64,000 bases of DNA from Octopus sinensis (taxonomy: Eukaryota). Below the pieces are notes generated by a model. It saw only the letters and a list, made by a program, of their open reading frames with translations. It was not told the DNA's origin and did no database searches. The stretch spans positions 100,254,001-100,318,000 of the forward strand of contig NC_043003.1 in the NCBI RefSeq assembly GCF_006345805.1, written 5' to 3'. Of this stretch, positions 1 through 9,879 are shown piece after piece (position 1 is the first letter of the stretch; the number at the start of each line of letters is the position of its first letter). Position numbers and translations under genes: made by a program.

Positions 1-550
1 CTCAGGTTTTTGTCATCCCATGGTATATTACAAGGCTTTTGTCTAAAGTGCAACACACTGGGTTTGAATACAAGACAACATAGCTAGGAAACAAGCTTCT
101 TGATCACAGACATGCCTGTGCCTAGAAGATCGTTATAATCACAGTGTTTTGACCGTTGTACTCTCTTCAGGGGCCTTTTATATAATGTTCTTGGAATGAT
201 ATCATTATATATGACATTCAGAATAATACAGACGGCTTTTTTACATTTTCTAACCATTCTCTTCTAACAACCAAGATATTTAAATTGTGTTCTATGAAAA
301 ATATTTTGTCATTCAAATTTATCAGTACTTTCTTTTGTACCACAATAACACTAGCCTCTGCTCCTCATAGTTGGTTGCTTTGAATCCACCTCCATTCAGT
401 CATTTGCAACTCACTCATCTCTCATCACTCTTTATATTGTGTCCACCCTCCACCCAGGCACTGCACTAAACACAATGCCTAGTCCTTCCTTTCCAGGACA
501 CTGGCTCTCTGGAATTCCCTCCCTGCACATTATATCTGAAGCTGACTCAC

Positions 551-639
551 AACTGTTGAAGAGAGAGTATTAACAGTGTCAGACTGGGAGAGTCTATGAA
601 GGCCATGGACACAGCACTATTTCTACAGACCAAACCAAA
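551..639 (-). CDS. Putative exon of an unidentified minus-strand gene; candidate start codon at 606-604 (MAFIDSPSLTLLILSLQQ...)
   Basis: Minus strand shows a long polypyrimidine tract plus TAG acceptor (642-640) and a GTGAGT donor (550-545). ccATGg context; open frame to the donor. No recognisable homology. Confidence 0.4.
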
Positions 640-748
640 CTAAAAAATAAATAAACAAAATAGAATTAGAGTAAACCGCCTGCAAACAATACTTATATAT
701 AAAGCATCAGTTTGTGTATATGTGCATGTGTAAATCATTGTTTCTTAC

Positions 749-825
749 ATCAGAATCTGGTAGCAACAGAAATGGTTTTAAAATCAATGTAAACAAATAG
801 AGAGGCAGCATTATTGATTCTCAAA
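749..825 (-). other. Putative non-coding (5' UTR) exon of the same minus-strand gene
   Basis: Acceptor ctgtgttctttcattttcAG (828-826) and donor GTAAGA (748-743). Stops occur in all three frames, so non-coding if real. Confidence 0.35.
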
Positions 826-1079
826 CTGAAAATGAAAGAACACAGACTATTTTCTGATTTTGGAGTCGTGACATTTGGGGGAAAAAAACTACACACAAGC
901 TTGTCACAGAAACAATGACAATAACACAAACTGAATGATGTTGATGTTATTGTCTAGTTCCTGGGTCAACATTGATAGAGCAAATTAAATGTATTATAAC
1001 AGGTAACCATCTCGGCCTTTTCCAACGTACAAGAAAGCCAGAATCACATTAAATGAATCCGTTTTTATGACACGCTAAA

Positions 1080-1502
1080 TAAGTGGTTTGTGCGGTATTT
1101 GGCAGCTATTTCTAGCAAGTCATGGAATCACGAAGAATGAACATTAGGAGGCTTAGAACAAAGCACCAGATTAGTTATTATATTTGTTGCTGTTGTTGTT
1201 TAGACTAAAGTCAGCGCTGATTGAGCACACCTATGATTAAAGACATTCCACTCATAACTATCAAATTTTTTTTATGTATCAAGAACTAGTCTTCAACGAA
1301 ACCTACTATTTTTTAGGACGGCAGGGTGTGATTTGAAGGAATTAAGGGTGATTTTCTAGTAAGTCGATCGACCACGTAGAGGCTCCGTCGTAGTCTGGAC
1401 TGGTGAACAGCGTTAGTGGCCATAAACAAAAAAGCTCAGAGAAACGTTGATGTTTACGTCAAGAAGCTAGTAAACAGCGTTGCATTAGAAGTGAATACAT
1501 GC

Positions 1503-1558
<56 letters not shown>

Positions 1559-1910
1559 GATATATATATATATATAGTTCATGGTTAGAAGAGAAAGCAG
1601 ATTGTTATTTATGGAAGTATGTAGGCTTGGTGGCAGAAACACGACTAATAGACGAAGTTGCTTCTTTAATAACAGAATTTAGTGGGGCTCCCGTTGTTAG
1701 GTTTCTTGTTAAGGGCGACCATTTGTTTTGCTGCATATCGGCTCGGATCAAAAAGTATTTGCAGCCGTAACCGCCTTGTCTTTTGGTGATGAGAGTATGT
1801 CTAAGACTACATTATTCAATGCGTCATTTCTTAAATGAAGACACTGCTAGTATGATGCGATTTGAGGAATATCTGGCTACTTCTTCTAGCAGGTTAAACA
1901 ATCACCAACG
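1080..1910 (+). repeat. Three diverged copies of a short interspersed repeat (core ~gtgtgatttgaggaatatttggctgctatttctagcagg)
   Basis: Similar motifs at ~1090-1150, ~1325-1390 and ~1850-1900; reverse copies at ~30230-30290 and ~40930-41000. Confidence 0.4.
1507..1577. repeat. (TA)n microsatellite
   Basis: Direct reading. Confidence 0.95.
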
Positions 1911-2727
1911 TTGAACATAGAAATTTTGTACGTTACAGTTTAGATTTCAAAAACCTCATTGGGCCAAATAATTTAAATATAATTTTATACATTCATTATT
2001 GTTATTTAAACAAATCTCCAATTATAGACAACTGCTCACTTACTACAAGACCAAAAGTTTGTAGCTCATAAAACTAAAACGACTCCCAATACTTTACTTT
2101 CCATTCTTTCATGTAGTAATAGGCTAGAATGATCATAATTTAAGTCTAAGTTATCTGTGATCGTTGAACAGTCTGTATACAACAGTTCATCTCCCACAAA
2201 GACTGGAGTTGTCTAACTCCACAAACAAAAGAAAATCATTCGCCAGTAGGCAACAACGTTAAATTAAATAAAATTCATTTTAGTGTTTTGTTTGATAGCA
2301 ACATCCCTAACAGGGGACGATAAAATAAAGATCTGTGGTGTCCTATTCCAATTAGGTTTCGACTATGGCCTTGTGGCCAAACCACACAATTTATAGTTAA
2401 GACTGTGTTTATTGGAGACAGACTCAAAAAAACCTTCATAAGTACATATGGTCCTGTTTTGTAAATTTTTTAGACATTTTAAAATATATAATTAAGGAAT
2501 AAAATAAATCTTGTCGGGAGACAACAACCAGCCGCTACCAATCACAACAAACAGTGACTCGACGAAATCTCAACTTCATATTTAATAAAAATAACCAACA
2601 AGAGAAACAAACAAATACATATGACCGTATAATAATATACAGGGAAAAAACTTTTAAAATATTTCCTTTATGAAAATCGAGCAAAATTTACGAATTTATT
2701 ATGTAAAAAAAAAAACCCTTCACTCAC

Positions 2728-2742
2728 CAAATCCGTCGGCAT
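2728..2742 (-). other. 3' end of a putative first exon (ATG CCG ACG GAT TTG | GTGAGT)
   Basis: Perfect GTGAGT donor at 2727-2722 in a locally CpG-richer, non-repetitive segment. The ATG would be a uORF if spliced to 825-749. Confidence 0.35.
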
Positions 2743-3449
2743 TTTCCCCGAGTAATGCTCTCTACAGTTCATTGTTCACGTCTCGTCACGGCGAGATTTA
2801 TTTCCACATAACAGAAATTTCTTTTATTATTACACCCTTTTTTTAAATTTCTTTTTAAAATCAAAAATTTGCTTTCAATCTTAAAACTAGTTCGTATTTA
2901 TAAAAGTAATAACGTGAACTTGAAAAAAAAAAACTCTCATCTCTTAGCAACAGCATAACGTAAATATAATGGTTGTTAGAAAAGTTGGTGAATTTAGTTA
3001 AAGACATTCGCCTACCAAATATCAAATGTTGACTTTGAAATGTAGTTGATTTACCTCCAATTGGCTATTAGATTTGTTGTGTTATTTATTTCTTTGGTGT
3101 GTATATATTTATTGCATTCTAAGGCCAGTGTTAGAAACAATATTAGCACTTATTACCATGTTTATATTGTCCACTATACTCTGTCGTTGTTAATTAATTT
3201 TTACAATTGTTATTTAGCCTCTCGGTTAATTAAACAGATCGAAGGTATTCCAGATGCAACCACCTAGTCATTAAGGGAGTCAAATTGCTAGAATCATTTG
3301 AACGTCAAAACAAAATGATTTCGCTTTTTGAGTTCAAATTTAGCTTTCATTCTTCTGGGATCGATAAAATTAAAGTAGCAGACCTGGGCATTGGATCAGC
3401 GGAATTATTAAAGTTAAACAAAATATTGTTAGGTGTCATTTGTTATTTG

Positions 3450-3510
3450 TTCCGGTTTTTTACATTATGAGCAGCGAACTTGTCTCCGCAGCCAAGACGA
3501 GAAGATGGTG
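3450..3510 (+). promoter_or_regulatory. Possible promoter motifs (ETS-like TTCCGG, YY1-like AAGATGG)
   Basis: TTCCGG at 3450-3455 and AAGATGGTG at 3502-3510. Short motifs, weak evidence. Confidence 0.2.
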
Positions 3511-3578
3511 TCTTGTAAATAAAGAAAAAAGAAAGAAATTCCAAAAGGAAGGTAACGGAAAACAATTATTCATTCGTT

Positions 3579-4357
3579 GGATCTTTTCCTTTTGAACGGC
3601 ACATGTCAACACAATTTCTAGTTAACTAAACACTTTTAAACTTCGTATACTGGTAGAATGTGTTTATAAAACATCATTTTTTCTTGGCTTTATTGAGAAA
3701 ATTCTATAGTTTGTAAGATATTTCGTCTGAAATTTCGAGCATTTCGGCAATTTTAACCAATCGCTGACCTCCATTTGGGGTGAAAACATTCCGTGATGTA
3801 TGAATATGTCCATCGTTTAAGAAACAGATTGGGTTTATTTACATTTGCGAAGAAAAAAAGATACCCTTCCCCCACCCCTAACCCTAAATCTAAAATAGAT
3901 TGAAATGCAATAGATCGATACTAGGGTTATAATTATGGGTGACAATTTCATACAACACCGCTACGGAAAATGGGATTTTTTCCTAGCGGTGTCAAATGAA
4001 AATGTCACCCATAATTATAACCCTAGTATCGATCTATTGCATTTCAATCTATTTTAGATTTAGGGTTAGGGGTGGGGGAAGGGTATCTTTTTTTCTTCGC
4101 AAATGTAAATAAACCCAATCTGTTTCTTAAACGATGGACATATTCATACAGCACGGAATGTTTTCACCCCAAATGGTGGTCAGCGATTGGTTAAAATTGC
4201 CGAAATGCTCGAAATATCTTACAAACTATAGAATTTTCTCAATAAAGCCAAGAAAAAATGATGTTTTATAAACACATTCTACCAGTATACGAAGTTTAAA
4301 TGTGTTTAGTTAATCTAGAAATTGTATTGACATGTGCCGTTCAAAAGGAAAAGATCC
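3579..4357. repeat. Long palindrome: inverted dimer of a MITE-like element, arms ~390 bp
   Basis: ggatcttttccttttgaacggcac... mirrored by ...gtgccgttcaaaaggaaaagatcc, centre ~3973. Same family as the monomer at 6745-7150. Confidence 0.9.
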
Positions 4358-4589
4358 CATTCGTTTTATGATCAAAAAGTAAAAACGGAAATATTAACAC
4401 TTTTTCGCTATCTCAGAATAACCTGTCAAACTTGTATATCACTTTTATCTTTTGTTTCAAGCAATGGTTCGCGGACATGCTGGAGCAACGCCTTGAAGGT
4501 TTTAGTCGAACAAATCAATCACTGTTACTTATTTCTTTAAAGCTTGTTAGTTATTTTATCAAGTCCTCTTGCCAGACTGTTAAATTACG

Positions 4590-4810
4590 GAGACATAAAC
4601 AAGCCGACACCGGTTATCAAGCGGTGATGGAGGACAAACACACACACACACATACGTATGATAAGTTTCATTCAGTTTCCATTTACCAAATCCATTCACA
4701 CGGCTTTTGTCGGCACGGGACTATAATAAGAAACACTTGCCGAAGGTTCCACTCAGTGGGACAGAAATCTGTAGTTAGGAAGCAAACTTCGTTCCACACA
4801 TCCATACCTG
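4590..4810 (-). mobile_element. Degenerate tRNA-derived SINE (abundant family)
   Basis: Reverse-complement similarity to the copies at 22808 and 35205. Confidence 0.7.
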
Positions 4811-5410
4811 CACCATAAAAAGTAAAATTGTTGCATTCCTGTTTTTAGCAACGAAAATTATAATTTTTTCCAAAAACAAAAGAAAAGGAAATTTAAATCC
4901 ACACCATTTCAAATTTTTTATTCCACACCTCCCCACCCCCAAATTTTTGTCGTTGAATTATTTGATTTTGTTTTCTAATTTCTAACAGGAGATAAACCTC
5001 TGTACTTAAGCCTTTGACAGTGTCCCCCTTGTCTGGTGGTCAATGCGAAAACTAGGGATAGATGAGAGTTTGGTGAGAGCTATACAAGCTATGTACAGGA
5101 ATGCTACCAGTAAGGCGAGGGTTGGCTGTTTCGCACCTCTCCTTTAAAAATGCATTTTTTTAAAAATATTTTTCGGATTCTATCGTTTTAGATGTCGGAG
5201 ATTACGAATATATATTTTTTTTAATTTTACCCTTTTCCCCCTCCCCATTTAAATTTTTTTATTTTGTTTACTTTAAAGAGATCGTAGCGAATTGACGAAC
5301 ATATGCAAATCGAAATTAAATACAAAAACATTAAAGTGAAAAGAGTTTACGTTTTAATTGTGCTTGCCTTAAATAATCGTAAATAATAATAGTTTAATGT
5401 AAATTAAATA

Positions 5411-5774
5411 ACATCGTAAGGTGTACTAGCCATCTGAATGTGGCTAGCCACTTGGGGTGGGGTGTTACTGATGCTTTTAGCCCCAGGCGATCAACGTCAC
5501 CAGATGGACTTTAGACACAAAATTTCAGTGCCCTTGTGTTATTTGCAAAGGGAGGTCATCCTCCCTCGAAAACTTAAGTGATACATACTATAGTCCGTAT
5601 GTATCACTTAGGTTTTCGAGGGAGGATGACCTCCCTTTGCAAATAACACAAGGGCACTGAAATTTTGTGTCTAAAGTCCATCTGGTGACGTTGATCGCCT
5701 GGGGCTAAAAGCATCAGTAACACCCCACCCCCAGTGGCTAGCCACATTCAGATGGCTAGTACACCTTACGTTGT
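5411..5774. repeat. Near-perfect palindrome, arms ~178 bp, 8-nt loop (5589-5596)
   Basis: acatcgtaaggtgtactagcc...gatacatac / gtatgtatc...ggctagtacaccttacgttgt; only a few mismatches. Confidence 0.95.
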
Positions 5775-5949
5775 CGAGCGGTTACTGTTTATATCTCGTT
5801 CAGAGATTTATTAATGCTAAATACACATCATTTTATGAGAAACAAACATTGATATTTAATAATTGTTATAAAGTTTAATAAGGGGCTCAAGTTTCAGCCC
5901 TCCACCAATTTTAAATTTTGAACTTTTTCATCCATTTATCTATTTATCT

Positions 5950-6110
5950 TGTCAACTAAATGTGGCGGTCCTATAGAAGACGGCATTACTGTTCGCTAGT
6001 AGTACCCTTTGTATAAACCGTTTCCAGTTCTGAGCTACATTGCCTTCGAGATTAAGCTCATTAGGGCGATTATTCAATCCTACTTCTGACACCAAGTAAA
6101 TTGACACAAC
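5950..6110 (-). mobile_element. Ty3/gypsy LTR-retrotransposon 5' remnant (PBS plus gag N-terminus)
   Basis: TGGTGTCAGAAGTAGGATT (6094-6076) is complementary to a tRNA-Leu-type 3' end including CCA. It is followed by ELNLEGNVAQNWKRFIQR, which resembles metazoan gypsy gag starts. Confidence 0.6.
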
Positions 6111-6341
6111 ACAGGGCGCAGCCATTACTATGTGTTCATTTACACAATCTTGTGACGTCACACTTTTGTGTGCATATCTTAACGTAAAATCACTCTCATT
6201 ACACTATTTCGTTGCGTATTCTCATACAGATACGTAAAATGTACATAACTTATTTTCTCATTGTCTTCATCATCTATGATCCTTCGATGGCCTGCATACC
6301 CTCACAGTTTGAGTATAACTCAGTCGCTATTTCAGAAATGT

Positions 6342-6515
6342 TGGTACTACTTAAGAAGAGTACCCGGCTATAACGACTACCTAGCAAAGTAAATAGAAAA
6401 CAAAATAATTTTTTTACACAAAGTAAATAAAACAAAAACGCAAAGTAAGGATCGACTAGTCACGACTAGCTTGCGCGAGTGCACGCACCGGGACCACTCT
6501 TCTTAAGTAGTACCA
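6342..6515. mobile_element. Small element with 20-bp perfect terminal inverted repeats
   Basis: tggtactacttaagaagagt (6342-6361) / actcttcttaagtagtacca (6496-6515). Confidence 0.6.
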
Positions 6516-6744
6516 GAAAGGTTATATCTGGAAGATACTATATAGCTGGGTACCTGTAGAATCAGTCTGATGAGAGTTTTTTTGTAAACGAAATTATGAG
6601 ATTTTACTGTCGTTACTTCTAGTGCAGTTTACTTCTAATTTTTCAGTAGACCAAATTGCATGTTAACCATATATTATATGAACCGGTGATCCTTCGGTAT
6701 AGGTACACACGTAACATTGTTTACATTTCTGGACATAACAGAAA

Positions 6745-7150
6745 CCCTTTTCGGTTTGAACGGCAGTTTTTTAAAATAATTTCCACGTAACTAAACACTT
6801 CTAAACTTCGTATACTGGTAGAATGTGTTTATAAAACACCTTTTTCCCTTGGCTTTATTGAGAAAATTCTATAGTTTGTAAGATATTTGTTGTTTTTTCT
6901 TCAATTTCTGCAATTTCAACCAATCAATGACGTCTATTGAGGTGAAAACATTCTGTGCCGTATGAATATGTCCCTCGTTTAAGAAACAGATTGGGTTTAT
7001 TTACATTTCTGAAGAAAAAAGATACTCTTCTCCCCACCCCTAACCCTAAAACAGATTAAAATGCAATAGATCGATACTAGGGTCATAATTATGGGTGACA
7101 ATTTCATATGACACCGCTAGAAAAAACTGCTGTTCAAACCGAAAAGATCC
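6745..7150. mobile_element. MITE-like element with ~25-30-bp TIRs
   Basis: cttttcggtttgaacggcagtttt ... aaaactgctgttcaaaccgaaaag. Body matches the arms of 3579-4357. Confidence 0.75.
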
Positions 7151-7904
7151 CCCTTTTCTCCCACCCCTAACCCTATATAAAAAAAAAAGCACTTTCTTGA
7201 AATGTATCCAGTACTTATACCGAAGTTACGCCTATGAACCTAATAAATACCAGAGTCCGATGAAAGTTGAGGTGGTTTGCGTATACATACTTAAGAATAC
7301 TCGATGGAGTTTTAGAATAGCTGTCCTTCGAAGTCCCAAACTCCAAGGGAAACGAAGAGGGTAACGCAGTAGCGTTACCTTCTAATTGTTTTTCAAATTT
7401 CAATTTTTCAGAATCGCAATTTCCTTTGTACACAACATGAGAATGGTAAAAAAAAAACAAAATAGGCCAGAAATATCATTTTCCATCCCCGCCAAATATA
7501 TTAATGTAAAATGCCATATTCCGTAAACAATATATCAAATTTTTCATGCCTGACGCTTTAATAAAAGAATTTGCCTGGAACCATAAAGTACCGTTGTCAC
7601 AAACTGTATACGAATTTTATTGTATACACAGCATTTTACGTATGAAATCCCTCAGTATATTCACATAAAAGACGTTTAATAAAACATTTTATTGAAATGA
7701 ATGCAAAACATGTATTCCCTCACTATAGTGAACAACATTAAATATGTTAAAAAGAAAAAAATAAGAGCAAGTGGGCTGGGTTATACGAAAGTGAAGCTGT
7801 GATGTTGCTAGATTAGTTGAATGTGTTAAGACCTGACAGTCATCCATTCGGAGCAGTTGCCAAATATCGTTCTCCACAGGTGTTCACCAAGGTTAGTTAA
7901 TACC

Positions 7905-8049
7905 TATTTCTTTACTACCCACAAGGGGTTAAACAAAGAGGGGACAGACAAACGGATTAAGTCGATTACATCGACCCCAGTGCGTAACTGGTACTTAATT
8001 TATCGACCCCGAAAGGGTGAAAGGCAAAGTCGACCTCGGCGGAATTTGA
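7905..8049 (-). mobile_element. 5'-truncated SINE 3' part with 16-bp target-site duplication
   Basis: aaggttagttaatacc at 7889-7904 and 8050-8065 flanks a SINE-type central/3' domain (ggggtcgataaattaagtaccag). Confidence 0.75.
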
Positions 8050-8849
8050 AAGGTTAGTTAATACCGTTGTCGTTCAAATGTACCATTTTAGTTTATTCTG
8101 TGTTACCAATGAGTTTTCTCCACCAATATACTAGAAATACATGTCTGCTTAATACCTTCAGATAATGAGAAAATATATTCGAAAACTTGCAAAAGGATAC
8201 ATACGCCCAGTGTTTAGCGTTACAGTTAGGGTTTTTGTTACGCCGAAAACGGGTAGCGCACGTATTACCTCCGCCCGAAAACTAAGTTGGCCTGTTGTCA
8301 GTTTCTATTTGTTGATAGAAAACCTTTCTGCACGAAATGGTGCAGGCTTTTAACATCCTCAACTTACAAGGGAACATATTCAGTACTAGACCAAAAACAA
8401 TGTCAGCCACTATATCGTTGCATAGCTACAGAATCCTCACCCAGGAACAAAAAAAAATTAACCAGCCTGAGGTGGGGTGTTAACATGTATGTGCGCGCTG
8501 ACGACCCTGGAGTTGGGGAGGAGACTTTCGGAAAATCACAAGATCCGATTTTTCCGTCATAACTTCCGGTAAAATGGATATATATTGATCTTTTTTACGG
8601 AATCCCAAAGACCCCCACACACACACACACTTTCTCCCAAATTTGTGTATTTTTTTCTTTTTTTTTTTTTTTTGTCAAAAATCCCCGTTTTCGGATACGG
8701 AGGTTCCGGAAAATTGCCCAAAATCGGCATTGTGAAAATCTCCCACCCACCAACTTCTTCAATTTTTACTTTTTTCCCCAACACTAACCGTAAGTACAAA
8801 AATGGGTTAATATAGGGCGTAACAAATATCAGAAAATCAAAAAAAAAAT

Positions 8850-9320
8850 GTGTGTAATAGGCGTAAAACAACTTCCTATGAACGAATATGAAAAAAAAAA
8901 TTCGCGCACGCGAAAGGGGGGTGGGGGAGAGGCCTCGGAAAATTCACATCGGGAAGTTCCGAAAGCGTCTGAGGAGCTGACCCGGGCACCAAAACAAAAA
9001 AAAAATAGTGTAATATGTGTAAAACAACTTGCTCTAAACGAATATGACAAAAAAAAAATGCGCTCTCGCGAAAGAGGGGTGGGGGAGAGGCCTCGGAATA
9101 TTTATATCGGGAATTTCCGAAAGCGTCTGAACCGGGCACAAAAACAAAAACAGCGTAATAGGTGTAAAACAACTTGCTCTAAACGACTATCACGAAAAAA
9201 ATGCGCGCTCGCGAAAGGGGGGTGGGGGAGAGGCTTCGGAAATTTCACATCTTCAGTCCACGGCCTTTAAACTAAGAAAAAATAGTGTAATTGGTGTAAA
9301 ACTACTTGTTCTAAACGAGT
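8850..9320. repeat. Minisatellite, ~3.3 diverged units of ~130-155 bp, inside a larger repeat element
   Basis: gtaata(g/t)g(c/t)gtaaaacaact recurs at ~8855, ~9009, ~9156 and ~9287, with ggggg(t)gggggagaggc in the first three units. Confidence 0.85.
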
Positions 9321-9879
9321 ATCAAGAACACACACTCACACATGAATCATAAACTCCGTATTTCGCAAAAAAAAATAAATAAAGAGAAGAAATTCTGGAA
9401 AAAGTGAAGAAATGTTGGATCTCCGCCATGTGAATCAAAATACGTGTCAGAAACATCTTGAAATACTACAGAAATTATGTTACGAAAATGATAATGTATA
9501 CATACCTCTTTGAGTGGTCCATCGATAATGATGATAAGGAAACGAGTTGGATTTGAACTCAGAATATTGACTAACACAACTACATACTACAAGACTCAAA
9601 ATATTCAGCCAAGTCACCACCCTTTAACTAGCAATAATAATAACATAACAGCCAAAAGATTTGTTTTGAAATTTTTGTCAGAATCAAAATGACCGTATTT
9701 TTCTGCATATTTAGAAAAAAAAAATTTTGGGAAATTTTTTTTTCAGAATCATAATCTCTGTATTTTGCTGCATATTATGGAAAAAAAAATTTGATTTCAC
9801 GGAAGTATGATACAGTTTTGCAGTTATACAGGAGAGTATAGCTCAAGGAGGTGGTGGTAGTGGGGGTAATCTATTGGAT

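Noticed and set aside
130-175. Minus-strand CTGAAGA...AAAA motif (and a similar CTGAAGA at ~34545)
   Set aside because: No GAAA and no convincing stems.
6568-6608. CTGATGA...GAAA hammerhead-like motif
   Set aside because: Helix II is poorly paired and no NUH is correctly placed; at best a decayed relic.
8850-9320. Repeat array as CRISPR-like
   Set aside because: Eukaryotic context; units are diverged whole-length repeats without unique spacers.
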